Both the position numbers and the translations under genes were made by a program. A stretch of DNA of 63,789 nt, the filler included, from Octopus bimaculoides (lineage: Eukaryota), in NCBI RefSeq assembly GCF_001194135.2. It is 6 parts of 6 records of this genome, joined end to end, with 100 filler letters (N's around TTAATTAATTAA, not from the genome) between each part and the next. Parts side by side here need not be neighbours in the genome. Positions count along the whole stretch, not along the records: positions 36,377 to 58,714 come from NC_068995.1; positions 58,815 to 60,899 come from NW_026409316.1; 4 more parts are not named here. One strand, written 5' to 3'. Shown here piece by piece: positions 48,023-60,899 of the stretch; the first letter of the stretch is position 1; each line of letters starts with the position of its first letter. The notes below the pieces were generated by a model. That model ran no database searches, was not told the DNA's origin, and was given only the letters and a program-made list of their open reading frames with translations.

Positions 48023-48830
48023 GCATTAAGAATACAGGCGTAGTGATGTCTGATAAAACCAATCATGGAGAGTGATTTTCTAGTAATTCTGGCGGACATT
48101 TATTGACCGGTATGAAACTCCACGTGAGCTCAGCAATAAAAAGTTACACACACTAGAATCAACAACAAAACTACTATTACTTTTCTCTCCTCTCTCTCAC
48201 GAAGCACATCAACTTAATGTTCATCACATCTCGACAATCTCTCCTTTTTATCTAAACACACAAACAACTACCCTGTTCCCAACCTAATTTCCGTATATAT
48301 TCATCCCACAAAAGTTCTCTCCTGAACCCATGATAAATTCGTTACCTTTATGGATGCACTATCTCCCGTTTCAAAATTATAATTCAACCTCTTCTTTACT
48401 TCCTGGACTCTAAGAATTCCAATTTGCCATGTACTCATCGTCTTCCCTTATAATCGTGAACAGTTTCAGTGTGAGAAAGATGAGAGTTTTCAAAGTCGAG
48501 TCTAATTGCTTGTTTGTACTTTTCGAGAAAACAGAAGTGGATATTTCTCGAGTACCAGCATTTATAGAGATGTCGAGACAACTAACAAAAATATAGGATG
48601 TGACAGATGTTCATCATGAAGATAGTTGGAAACTATTGATGAACAAAATACAAAGGTCCATTCTATCTATAGAGAGCCAGGTAGTGGCAGTATACTCAGC
48701 ACTGTAATCGTGACAGAATACCGGGCTAGACTATATATAATGAGTGAGGATATAGGCCTCAATATATATGCGTGTTTGTGTCTGTGTGTGTGTGTGTGTT
48801 GTGTGTATGCGTGCGTGTGTGTGTGTGAAT

Positions 48831-49250
48831 GTGTGGCTGTGTGGTGAGAAGCATGCTTCCCAATGACATGGTTCCTATGCGTAACACTTTAGGGAAGTGT
48901 CTTCTATTAAAGCCTCATGAGGACGAACGCTTGTGAGTGGATTTGGAAGAGGTAAATTTGAAGAAGCTCATCATATATATATATATATATATANNNNNNN
49001 NNNNNNNNNNNNNNNNNNNNNNNNNNATCAACATATATGTGTGTGTGTTTTTGTGTTTGTCCGCCATCAACATCGCATAACAACCGATGTTGGTGTGTTT
49101 ACGTCAGGTAACTTATTGATTACGCAGGAGAGACCGATAGAATAGGCTTACAAAGAATAAGTCCTGGGGTCGATTTGCTCAACTAAAACCCTTTCAGGCA
49201 GTGCTCAATCATGACCGCAGTCAAATGGCTGAAACAAGTAAAACAATAAA
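48831..49250 (+). mobile_element. SINE family A
   Basis: GTGTGGCTGTGTGGTGAGAAGCATGCTTCCC…GAATAAGTCCTGGGGTCGATTTGCTC…GCAGTCAAATGGCTGAAACAAGTAAAA. Confidence 0.88.
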
Positions 49251-50402
49251 AGAATTAGATTATATATATAATGTCACTTCAAATCGGAGAAGAAATATAA
49301 TTATGATATATATTATATACAATTATATATACATATATATATATATATATACATACATAAAGGAAAAAAGGAAAAATAAGAAAATGGAGATAAAATTGAT
49401 AATTGATAAAAATCAATTGTTACTTATTGATAAAAAGAAAGACAATATCTCATCTAACAGCTGTTTCTGTTCGCGCTGTTTTGGACATAATCAGGCGTAA
49501 TTATTACAATAATAAAAATTAATACTGTAAATAATTATACGCACTTAAATAGTGGAAATTCATTAGAGCGGAAAAAGAAAGAGAAAAGGAAAAAGAAGGA
49601 GAAGAGAGAAAATAAGATGTTACATTCTATTCTTCTGAAAACCTTACGACTGACTGAAAAATTTTGTTATACAATTACAATACTAATATCAATTTTTATA
49701 TTCTTGTTTTCTCTTTTTCTTTATCGTTCCGCTCTGATGATGTTCCAGCATTTAACTTAGTATAAACAGTTGTTTTCTCTGTCTCATTCTGAAATTGTGA
49801 GACGTAAAACTTCTATCACCTAAACATTCAGAAAATAGAATGATTCTATGAATAAAGGATGTGACGTTAGCCAATAACACCGAGATTGTCATCACAAACA
49901 TCGACTCTAATGGGAAAGCCATAACCGTCACATAAATAGCACATAATTGCTGCAACAAATCATTTACAACTGAGCAATGGCAAAATATTTCGAGACTTAC
50001 AAAAAGTAACTCAAATGGAGAATGAAAAGCACAATTGTAGCCTTTAAATCCTGAGATCACCATGCCGAAGACAGAACAACTTTGTGTTTGATCATCAAGA
50101 TATGTATAAATTATTTTGAAGAAAATCATCGAAGAAATGAAGAGAAAAGGTTTCGAGGGAAGGCCTGCCCATTTCCATCTAAGGCATCTACTGACTATTG
50201 AATGAGACCTCTACGCATGATTCCTCCACGTGAAAATCAGTTTTGCCAGCAATTAAAAGATCAGACATTAATGAGGAAATAGAAAAAAGGAAGGGCTTGC
50301 AAACGAGAAAGAGTCTTCAACGATACACACACACACACACAGAAACATACATACACACATACATACATAATACATATATATATATATATATATATTATTT
50401 TA

Positions 50403-50773
50403 TTCAACTTGTTTTAGTCATTTGGCTGCGGCCATGCTGGAACACCGCCGTAAAGGGTTTTAGTCGGAGACATAAACCTCAGGATTTATTCATTATAAGC
50501 CTAGTACTTTGGTAAGTTACGGGAAGCATAAACATACCAGCATCAGTTGTCAAGCGATGGTGGGCGTACAAACACACACACACGCACACACGCACACACA
50601 CACACACACATATATATATACGCGACGCGCTTCTTACAGTTTTCCCTACCAAATTCATTCACTCAAAAGGTTTGGTCGGCCCAAGGCTATATTAGAAGAC
50701 ACTTGCGCAAGGTGCCACGCGGCGGGACTGAACCCAGGACCATGGCAAGCTTCTTACCATACAGCCACGCTTA
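50403..50773 (-). mobile_element. SINE family A
   Basis: Reverse complement of head (GTAAGCGTGGCTGTATGGTAAGAAGC), body and tail. Confidence 0.88.
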
Positions 50774-52169
50774 CGTTATATATATATATAAAACTAATAA
50801 ATAAGTAACACAGCACTGCTAACGGCAACTACAGCGGCGCAACCAAGCCAGCACGATATACCCTATATGAACGAACGTTTTATCAATAGCAGCTGTACTG
50901 CCTTCAAGTGAGAGGCTATTAGGACAGTAAGGGCATATTGGAAGATGTACATAATTACATTTACGTACATATTTATATTCATATGCATACATATAAGCAT
51001 ACATGCAGATGTGTGTCCGTGTGTGTAAAAAGACGGGACGGTCACGATTTTATAGTGTTTACTTGATTAGGGCTGACATGAGTATAAACAACAAGGTATT
51101 TCCAACACAAAAGCCAACATGTCTCTGATAACCGCTCCAGGATTAACAATAGCATCTAATGCGATAAAACCCAACAAGAAAATATCCACGATAATAATGT
51201 CCTTGACAACATAGTTTCTAAGCAACAAAGTAGTGAAGAAATCGATATATTGAATACAGTGTATATATCATATATTAAACAAAAGATTGACAAAGCCGGA
51301 AAGCTTTTAATCTTAGAGATAATACAGAGGTAATTTACTTTTTTCTTTGTAGCCACAGATAATTTAATAGTACGTGTGCAAGTGTTTTTGTGATAGTTGC
51401 AGAAATTGTAATTGTGTTAGGACGGGAATATTAAAGATAAATACTGTTTCAATATTAAGAGATTTCGTGAAAACAATTCATTGGATTGTCAATTTTGCTT
51501 TAAGAAGAGAAAATAAAAACTCACTTTTATTAATGAGTGTTTTGTTTTCGTTAGATCAATACGAAACCGTGACTAAATGCTTCCAATTCTACTGAAAGCT
51601 TCATCGATATTTTAAACATCAGTGTCAAAGATCCTTTAACATTGTCTCAGTTGCCTTAAATGTAACATTTACTCTCATTGAAATACATGTGTAATATTTT
51701 AATAAAACCTTTTATTTAGCTTTTGTGTATTTCAGAAACTAAATTGCATATACTTTCCTGAAGATTACGTTTAAGAGAACAAAAAAAGTAAAACCATATT
51801 AACGCAGTAATATTTGTATTGATTTCATTTAAAAGTTAATGGTCCGATGGGATTTATTGGTGAAAATCCTGTAGAGATATGTCAAGACTTAAGCCTACTG
51901 AACACAAATAATGCATTAAAACTTTTATGATTAGTGCAGGTGAGATGAGTATTGTTGTAGAAAGAAACACTTTGCATACGTTACAAAAGTAGGAAATGAA
52001 TGCTAACGTTTATTTCAATAAACGATTTTCGCACAAAATCAATAGTGAACACAGTAAGTTGTATGTATATGTATATATGTATATTGCGTTCTATCAATCT
52101 GTCATTAACTCTCCCACCTTATACGCACGCACACAAATATTCACACACACCCACGCACACACACACACG

Positions 52170-52219
<50 letters not shown>

Positions 52220-53017
52220 NNNNNNNNNNNNNNNNNNNNNNNNNNNNNNNNNNNNNNNNNNNNNNNNNNNNNNNNNNNNNNNNNNNNNNNNNNNNNNNNN
52301 NNNNNNNNNNNNNNNNNNNNNNNNNNNNNNNNNNNNNNNNNNNNNNNNNNNNNNNNNNNNNNNNNNNNNNNCATGCATGTGAATGTGTATGTATGTATGT
52401 ATATATGTATATATGTGTGTGTGTGTTTGTGTGAAGTAAAATATCCAAGATGACGACAACTCATTAAATTCTACAGTATAAAAGGCAACGTAGAGCTTAA
52501 TTATATTTTATTAATTTAGTTTCCATGTGAACCCGAACTTTGCATTAACAGTTTGAATCTAATATTGGAAATCTCTCATGTGCATAATACTGGGGAAAAC
52601 ACATTTTAATTTGATTTTATAAAATTAACAACATATACAATCTAAATTAAACAAAAGTCTTTCAATAATCATATCCCTTATCCAAGCGTACTTTACCTCC
52701 ACTTAACGAAAATATTGTGCATCTTGCAAGACATGTGAAGTAACATAACTGTTGCTTGATTCCATAACGTAGTGTTACTTTCAATTACATTTTAAATCTA
52801 GTGTGAATGTAACGTTTGATAATTGAGAAGCAAGTAAATTACTTTTATACACTTAAATATAGTGAACAGGAAAAATCAGTCCGTTTGATAATATTGGGAG
52901 GTATAATATAGCGAACATGGTAAATGCTAACTTTAATCCTTCATAAAAGCATGAAAATTATTGTAACATAACACTTCTAGTTATTAATCATCATTGACCT
53001 ACCTCTATGTCACATTG

Positions 53018-53140
53018 GGGTACAGCAGTCATGTTATTAGAATGTCGCAGAAAGAATCATTGAAGGGATTCTTCAAGACCAGCCATCGAGTAGTAGGATA
53101 CCGAGAGGGTAGACAAAGGAGGAAATGGTAGTATAATATC
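53018..53140 (+). pseudogene. Possible RTE-type RT C-terminal fragment
   Basis: …SHVIRM…GYREGRQRRKW*YNI (cf. WYGHV.RM…GRQRKRWEDNI). Confidence 0.4.
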
Positions 53141-53398
53141 CATAGTATTAGTTGCCCACGCTTGGAAATCCAACAGAAAGCTAAATAAACGATTGTTTCT
53201 GATAGGACCCTAAACGGTAGGTTCCGGAAGACGTCACCATACGACACTCCTAAGAATATTGGGCAGCGAAATATTTCGATGGATGGATGTATGGTGGAAA
53301 CACCTAACATAGATTGTCTGAAAATTTCTGTGATACGATATAAATAATTATTGTTATACTTAAGGATGCTCATCGTTTGCCAATTAAATACACAAAGT

Positions 53399-53514
53399 TT
53401 CTTCTTCTTCTTCTTCTTCTTCTTCTTCTTCTTCTTCTTCTTCTTCTTCTTCTTCTTCTTCTTCTTCTTCTTCTTCTTCTTCTTCTTCTTCTTCTTCTTC
53501 TTCTTCTTCTTCTT
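53399..53514. repeat. (CTT)n microsatellite (~38 units)
   Basis: Direct reading; it produces the spurious poly-K ORF on the minus strand. Confidence 0.98.
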
Positions 53515-53516
53515 GA

Positions 53517-54596
53517 ACATATCTAGATAGGGTTTTAATTAGAAAAAGAGATAAGTCCATAGCTAAGTGTCTACAGTTTTATCTAGTCAGCTACAGTGAT
53601 CACAAGATGCTTTCCTGTAAGCTGACAGTAGATATGTTGCATAGATAGGGATCTGGTTACTGGAAACTCAATACGTCCATTTTGGCGATTGAGAAGTACA
53701 GAAAGCGGATCGAGATGTTAATACAGATACCATCATTAATATCAAATGGTGGTACGCCCTAAAAAGATCCATCAAATATGAGTCTATTAGGTTTAGTATA
53801 AGTTTAACCAAGAAGGGACGTAGAATGAGAAATGGTCTAGCTAAGAAACTAGAAGAAGCCTGGAGGACTGGTAATGCGGGCCAAGTGAAAGTGAAGCGAC
53901 TGGAGTTGAACCAGCATCTCGAAGCTCAACACATGGGAAGTATTGCCAGAGCTAAGTTACGTGCGATGGGAAGAGAAGGAATCAAGGCCGCTGGATGGGC
54001 CCGAGTGGTGGAAGATCGACAAGAAAATAGTTCCACTATTCGGACTTTGACGAATCAAAATGGTGTCTTGGTAAACGAACTCGAGGAAATGTGTGAGGCC
54101 GTTCGGGAGTACTTCACCCAGCTGTTCGGGGGTGAAGGCAGTCTTATGGTGGGGGAGTCCTCGAGGCCTTTCTTGCCGAGCTGCCGTGCCTCTCGCTGTC
54201 GGAGGCGGAATCTTGCGAACGGCCGATCACGCCTGTGGAAGTAATGTAGGCTATGGCCGACTGTAAATCGGGTGAGTCACCGGGACTTAATGGTCTTCCG
54301 TACGAGCTGTATAAATATATGTCAGATTTCTTCGGGCACCTACTGGCTGACGTGTACGCGAACTGGCAACAGAATGGGTTTATCCCCAGATTTGTGGGGC
54401 GGGGAGTAGTGACGTAGGTCAGAAAGGACCCGGACAAGGGGAACGTTTTAGATAACTTCAGATCCATAACTCTGTTAAACGCAGAAGGGAAGGTTTTGGC
54501 CAAGGTCTTAGCAAAAAGTTTGGCGTGAGTCACGTATGGTATAGTCGGGGAGGCACAGACATGTGCCATCCCAGGCAGAACTATTCATGATAATAT

Positions 54597-54600
<4 letters not shown>
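53517..54600 (+). pseudogene. Tx1/L1-clade LINE ORF2 fragment (end of APE endonuclease to start of RT)
   Basis: YLDRVLI…SYSDHK…GSGYWKLNTSIL…, linker LEEAW…ARAKLRA…, then after frameshifts CERPITPVEV*AMADCKSGESPGLNGLPYELY…NFRSITLLN…QTCAIPGRTIHDNI. Confidence 0.9.
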
Positions 54601-54635
<35 letters not shown>

Positions 54636-54963
54636 NNNNNNNNNNNNNNNNNNNNNNNNNNNNNNNNNNNNNNNNNNNNNNNNNNNNNNNNNNNNNNNNN
54701 NNNNNNNNNNNNNNNNNNNNNNNNNNNNNNNNNNNNNNNNNNNNNNNNNNNNNNNNNNNNNNNNNNNNNNNNNNNNNNNNNNNNNNNNNNNNNNNNNNNN
54801 NNNNNNNNNNNNNNNNNNNNNNNNNNNNNNNNNNNNNNNNNNNNNNNNNNNNNNNNNNNNNNNNNNNNNNNNNNNNNNNNNNNNNNNNNNNNNNNNNNNN
54901 NNNNNNNNNNNNNNNNNNATATATGACAAAGTGTCAGTGCTAAGAAGTATGTAAATATGAGGA

Positions 54964-55504
54964 GGATTAGGTAAGTTGAACTATGTTTGTCACGTATTCC
55001 AATTGCTTAAAGGCAAATACACTACAGTTACCGTGGAGAATAAATCCTTCTTACGGTAAAAAGGTGTGAGAACAACCGGTTTCTTCATTCTGGCCATCTA
55101 TGAGAAATCCCAGACGTCGTCTTTTAGCAATTGGAATATTTGACAGACGTATTTCAACTTACCTAATTCAGCTCACACTTAAACACTGTTTAGCGCCGAC
55201 ACTTCGTTACTTACCTTGGTCGGGCGATCTACTATCGCAAATCAGTCAACGTGTTGACTGAATAATATATAAAGCTCGGGCTTTGTAAGTTCGTTCAGTG
55301 TTGCCTTTCTTAAGTACATCGCATTGACGCGAGCCAATTATCTTCAAACATCGATGTCTGAGATTCCTAATATATGGGGACACTGAACAAACTGGGTGTT
55401 TTCACACCTTTTTACCATGAGAAAGATTTACTCCCTACGGTAATTGCATTGTATTTGCCTTTTAGAATTTGAAATATGTCACACATATATAACTTACCTA
55501 ATTC
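54964..55504. mobile_element. MITE-like foldback with one left arm and two right arms
   Basis: The left arm ATTAGGTAAGTTGAAC…TATTCCAATTGCTTAAAGGCAAATAC…TTACCGTGG is reverse-complementary to 55120-55171 and to 55411-55504. Confidence 0.7.
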
Positions 55505-55688
55505 TACATACATACATACATACATACATACATACATACATACATACATACATACATGCATACATACATGCATACATACATGTACATGTATGTATGTATG
55601 TACATACATACATACATACATACATGCATACATACATATATACAAAGAGTAAGAGAGAGAAAGAGACAGTGAGAGATAGATAGATATA

Positions 55689-55853
55689 TGAGCTGGCATA
55701 ATTGTTAGCACGCCAGGTGAAAAGCTTAGCTGTATTCCGTCCGTCGCTACCTTCTGAGGTCATATTCTGGCGAGATCATCTTAGCTTTTCTTATTTTGGG
55801 GGTCGATAAATTAAGTACCAGGAAGGTACTGCGGTTGATGTAATCGACTTGAC
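55689..55853 (+). mobile_element. SINE family B (3'-truncated)
   Basis: GAGCTGGCATAATTGTTAGCACGCCAGGTGAAAAGCTTAGC…GGGGTCGATAAATTAAGTACCAG. Confidence 0.8.
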
Positions 55854-56972
55854 TACGCTAGCGTATGAATATTACAAAAACAAAACTGCACTCTTGTACT
55901 AACCCATGTCGAACCAGTGTAGACCATAAGTGGCCGCATAGATGGAGTCAAGACCTAATAGATTTCACTGACCTCGAGTCGCATTTACTAATACGACTTG
56001 ATGGCTGTACGAACTATATTACATAGGAAAAAGAGATGACATAGGAAAAATAAAGGGTACGTTATGAACTTGATTAACCTACAGGTGCTTCTGCTGTATG
56101 ATGCAGTGGACATTTATTTGAGGGCTTGAATAACAGTCTATAACTTCATTAGCGACCTGAGGCTTTATATTCATGTAACACTTTTTTCTGAAACACACGT
56201 ACAATAGGTTCTATACCAGAGAGGGAGAGTAGGATAGAGAGAACCTACAGGGGATTAGGGTGGGTAGGGACCAAGAGCTAAAAATTTATAATTCGTTAGA
56301 ACTTCAATGATAAAAAAATAGTCTTAGAATATAAACCTTCATACTGTACACACATATATATGAGCATATATATATATATATATATANNNNNNNNNNNNNN
56401 NNNNNNNNNNNNNNNNNNNNNNNNNNNNNNNNNNNNNNNNNNNNNNNNNNNNNNNNNNNNNNNNNNNNNNNNNNNNNNNNNNNNNNNNNNNNNNNNNNNN
56501 NNNNNNNNNNNNNNNNNNNNNNNNNNNNNNNNNNNNNNNNNNNNNNNNNNNNNNNNNNNNNNNNNNNNNNNNNNNNNNNNNNNNNNNNNNNNNNNNNNNN
56601 NNNNNNNNNNNNNNNNNNNNNNNNNNNNNNNNNNNNNNNNNNNNNNNNNNNNNNNNNNNNNNNNNNNNNNNNNNNNNNNNNNNNNNNNNNNNNNNNNNNN
56701 NNNNNNNNNNNNNNNNNNNNNNNNNNNNNNNNNNNNNNNNNNNNNNNNNNNNNNNNNNNNNNNNNNNNNNNNNNNNNNNNNNNNNNNNNNNNNNNNNNNN
56801 NNNNNNNNNNNNNNNNNNNNNNNNNNNNNNNNNNNNNNNNNNNNNNNNNNNNNNNNNNNNNNNNNNNNNNNNNNNNNNNNNNNNNNNNNNNNNNNNNNNN
56901 NNNNNNNNNNNNNNNNNNNNNNNNNNNNNNNNNNNNNNNNNNNNNNNNNNNNNNNNNNNNNNNNNNNNNNNN

Positions 56973-57048
<76 letters not shown>

Positions 57049-57995
57049 ATCACAGTGTGTACATGTGTGTGTGCGTGCGAGCAAGCGTTTGCGCACATGT
57101 TTGCGTTCTTGTAGGCGCTTGTTGTAAGTCAATAGCCATGCATGTTTTGTAGATGTATATAGAACCAAATCATATTGTACACAATATTATTGATCCTGAC
57201 ATCCTATTTGAATTATGTTCTCCATGTATAGCTGCATAGTGGTGCATTTTAGATTTTCCGTGAAGTTATGGAGAGACTGAAAATTTTCACCACACTCCAT
57301 TCATTTGATGGATATAGAAAAAAAAATCCTGGAATGATTTATTTGATCGAAACATGTGCGTTTAGACGTACTTTGACGTGCTGAAAGGAATTGCCTGTAA
57401 TTTTCATTTCTTTTTTGTTTTTCTTTTGTTTTTATTAATCGGTCATTAATTTGGAGAATGTCAGTGAACAGAATGTAAAGTCTCTTAAAATGTCAACAGC
57501 AATCCAATTTCAATTCGCATTGCAGGAACAGTTCACTCCAAGTTTCTACTTCTCTAAAGACATTAATCTTCTACACAAAACGAATCTAAAATGCCAGTGA
57601 AATTATAGATATACAAGCATATCCTAAGAAACACGAATACACGAGCGAAGATAGATACATGTGCGTAGTAATTGGTTTGAGTGAATAGTTAGAGCAGTAA
57701 ATAAAATGCCTGGTGAGAATTGTTCCTGATCAGATCATTCGCTTTGTGATCCAGCATGGGGTAATTTCTCTTGAACGACATCGGTAGAGTGGACACGGAT
57801 GGCATGTATTGGAAACTACTAGACATAGTGAAAAAATACAAACTTGCACACTATAATAAAACTTTCCAGGTGTAACGTTATACTACACACACACACCCAG
57901 GTGCACATACATGTACACACACGCAAATGAACCCACACATAACTCACATACACACAACAAACAGTGACACATACACGAACACATACTACGCATAT

Positions 57996-58033
<38 letters not shown>

Positions 58034-58084
58034 ACGAAATAACCCANNNNNNNNNNCACATACACGAACACATACTACGCATAT

Positions 58085-58122
<38 letters not shown>

Positions 58123-58814
58123 ACGAAATAACCCACGTGCGATCCACAAAGCAAACCACACGCATATACACACACACGTACACACACATATATATACACA
58201 TACACACACGTACACAAAAAAATACATGCACACACTGCTAGGAAATCACACCCACACAATACAAACACACACGCACGCACACATACTCAAAAACTGCCTG
58301 TTTAGCTTCCACTGACCATTGTCCATAAGCACCCCCTAACTATTCCTGCTACTAATTCCTTCCACTACGTCACACACACACACACAAACACACACATACA
58401 CACTAACAGATAAACCACCAAACCACNNNNNNNNNNCACTACGTCACACACACACACACAAACACACACATACACACTAACAGATAAACCACCAAACCAC
58501 GCACACACACACACACACACACAAACATACATACGCACACACACGTTCTGTTATTACACACATACTTGCAGACCCCCGCACACGCACACATATTCACCTC
58601 CCTTTTTCACTCTCCTGTCTTAGAAAGAACTTTCCTCCACCACTTCCTCTTCCGGTCCTTCCACAATGTAACCTCGTGGGCATCGGTGCCGAATTTTTCT
58701 TCCTCCGTTTTTCCNNNNNNNNNNNNNNNNNNNNNNNNNNNNNNNNNNNNNNNNNNNNTTAATTAATTAANNNNNNNNNNNNNNNNNNNNNNNNNNNNNN
58801 NNNNNNNNNNNNNN

Positions 58815-58845
<31 letters not shown>

Positions 58846-58963
58846 ATGTATTTAATAATAAAGGTGAAAAATTGAATATTAATTTGATTAATATCAATTT
58901 AAAACCAGTGGCCTAGCAAATTGACAAATCTGAAGATTCAGAAAAAATTATATTACAAACATA

Positions 58964-59208
58964 TGAGGGATGACCACTAAGTGGACATCCCTTTTGCTAG
59001 AAGACCACCTATGGTCTGACCACTAAGAAAAGATTGTTCTCGAGAAAATTCAGCAAACACCAGAACGTAAGTGAGCGAGACAAATGAAAAGATACAAAAT
59101 ATAAAGAATGGTATTTGCTGAATTTTCTTGAGAACATTCTTCTTAGTGGTCAGACTGTAACTGGTCTTCTTCTAGCAAAACGGATGTCCACTTAGTGGTC
59201 ATCCCTCT
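58964..59208. mobile_element. Complete TA-flanked MITE with ~95-bp TIRs
   Basis: TA|TGAGGGATGACCACTAAGTGGACATCC … GGATGTCCACTTAGTGGTCATCCCTCT|TA; the arms pair over nearly the whole length. Confidence 0.9.
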
Positions 59209-59224
59209 TATATGTATATCTCTT

Positions 59225-59576
59225 TTTTTTATTTGTTTCAGTCATTTGACTGTGGCCATGCTGGAGCACCGCCTTTAGTTGAGCAAATCGACCCCGGGAC
59301 TTATTCATTGTAAGCCTAGCACTTATTCTATCGGTCTCTTTTGCCGAACCGCTAAGTGACGGGGACGTAAACACACCAGCACCGGTTGTCAAGCAATGCT
59401 AGGGGGACAAACACAGACACACAAACACAAACACATATACATATACATATATATACATATATACGACAGGCTTCTTTCAGTTTCCGTCTACCAAATCCAC
59501 TCACAAAGATTTGGTCGGCCCGAGGCTATAGTAGAAGACACTTGCCCAAGGTGCCATGCAGTGGGACTGAACCCAG
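59225..59576 (-). mobile_element. SINE family A (head lost in gap)
   Basis: Well-conserved reverse complement of tail, body and microsatellite. Confidence 0.9.
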
Positions 59577-60162
59577 NNNNNNNNNNNNNNNNNNNNNNNN
59601 NNNNNNNNNNNNNNNNNNNNNNNNNNNNNNNNNNNNNNNNNNNNNNNNNNNNNNNNNNNNNNNNNNNNNNNNNNNNNNNNNNNNNNNNNNNNNNNNNNNN
59701 NNNNNNNNNNNNNNNNNNNNNNNNNNNNNNNNNNNNNNNNNNNNNNNNNNNNNNNNNNNNNNNNNNNNNNNNNNNNNNNNNNNNNNNNNNNNNNNNNNNN
59801 NNNNNNNNNNNNNNNNNNNNNNNNNNNNNNNNNNNNNNNNNNNNNNNNNNNNNNNNNNNNNNNNNNNNNNNNNNNNNNNNNNNNNNNNNNNNNNNNNNNN
59901 NNNNNNNNNNNNNNNNNNNNNNNNNNNNNNNNNNNNNNNNNNNNNNNNNNNNNNNNNNNNNNNNNNNNNNNNNNNNNNNNNNNNNNNNNNNNNNNNNNNN
60001 NNNNNNNNNNNNNNNNNNNNNNNNNNNNNNNNNNNNNNNNNNNNNNNNNNNNNNNNNNNNNNNNNNNNNNNNNNNNNNNNNNNNNNNNNNNNNNNNNNNN
60101 NNNNNNNNNNNNNNNNNNNNNNNNNNNNNNNNNATATATATATATATATATATACACATATA

Positions 60163-60240
60163 AGAGGGATGACCACTAAGTGGACATCCCTTTTACTAGA
60201 AGAAGACTAGCTACAGTCTGACCACTAAGAGGAATGTCCT
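60163..60240 (+). mobile_element. Third (solo) arm of the 58964-59208 MITE family
   Basis: TA|AGAGGGATGACCACTAAGTGGACATCCCTTTTACTAGAAGAAGAC…GTCTGACCACTAAGAG. Confidence 0.85.
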
Positions 60241-60467
60241 ACGCTCTTCCACAGAAAGGAACATGGAAAGAAACAAGGAGAGAAAATTTAAAAAATGTGT
60301 AGTTGCTAGCGATCCAACACATACGCCATAGAAAACAGGAAACTGGTCCCATGAGCCTGTCTAGGCTTTAGAAGGGCGCATAAATAAATAATATATATAC
60401 ACAACACATATTAGTCTGTAGATATATATTATATTGTATATATATATATTGTATATATATATATATT

Positions 60468-60506
<39 letters not shown>

Positions 60507-60857
60507 GCGGGTACACACACACATGTATATTTCTCTATCTATATATATCTATTTGCAGTATATGCATTTATGTGTGTGTGTGTGTGTGTGTGTGTGTAAT
60601 TTCAGGAATTGGTTGCTTACAACCTGATAGACAATATGCAATCCAATTCCACTGACCATAAATTCTTCATTATATTTCTATTGCTTCTGTGATTAAATTA
60701 CAACTTGTCCATTCAGCTTCTCAATAGAAACTGTGTCAGAAATTTAGTTATTGGATTGACAATCCTTTCGAATATCAGTCAGGGTAGCTTTTCAACTGGC
60801 ATACACATGTTATGCATAAACATATATACATATCTACATGCATATATGTATATGCAC

Positions 60858-60899
<42 letters not shown>

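Noticed and set aside
49752-50129. 125-aa hydrophobic minus-strand ORF
   Set aside because: No family motif or splice context recognised; cannot be supported without a database search.
53029-53520. Poly-lysine ORF, and all HT/YI/CV/LS/RE-repeat or X-filled ORFs in the track
   Set aside because: These are translations of microsatellites and N gaps.
57965-58500. Apparent tandem duplications (57965-58046 vs 58057-58134; 58365-58426 vs 58437-58498)
   Set aside because: Each pair is separated by a 10-N gap: unmerged overlapping contig ends.
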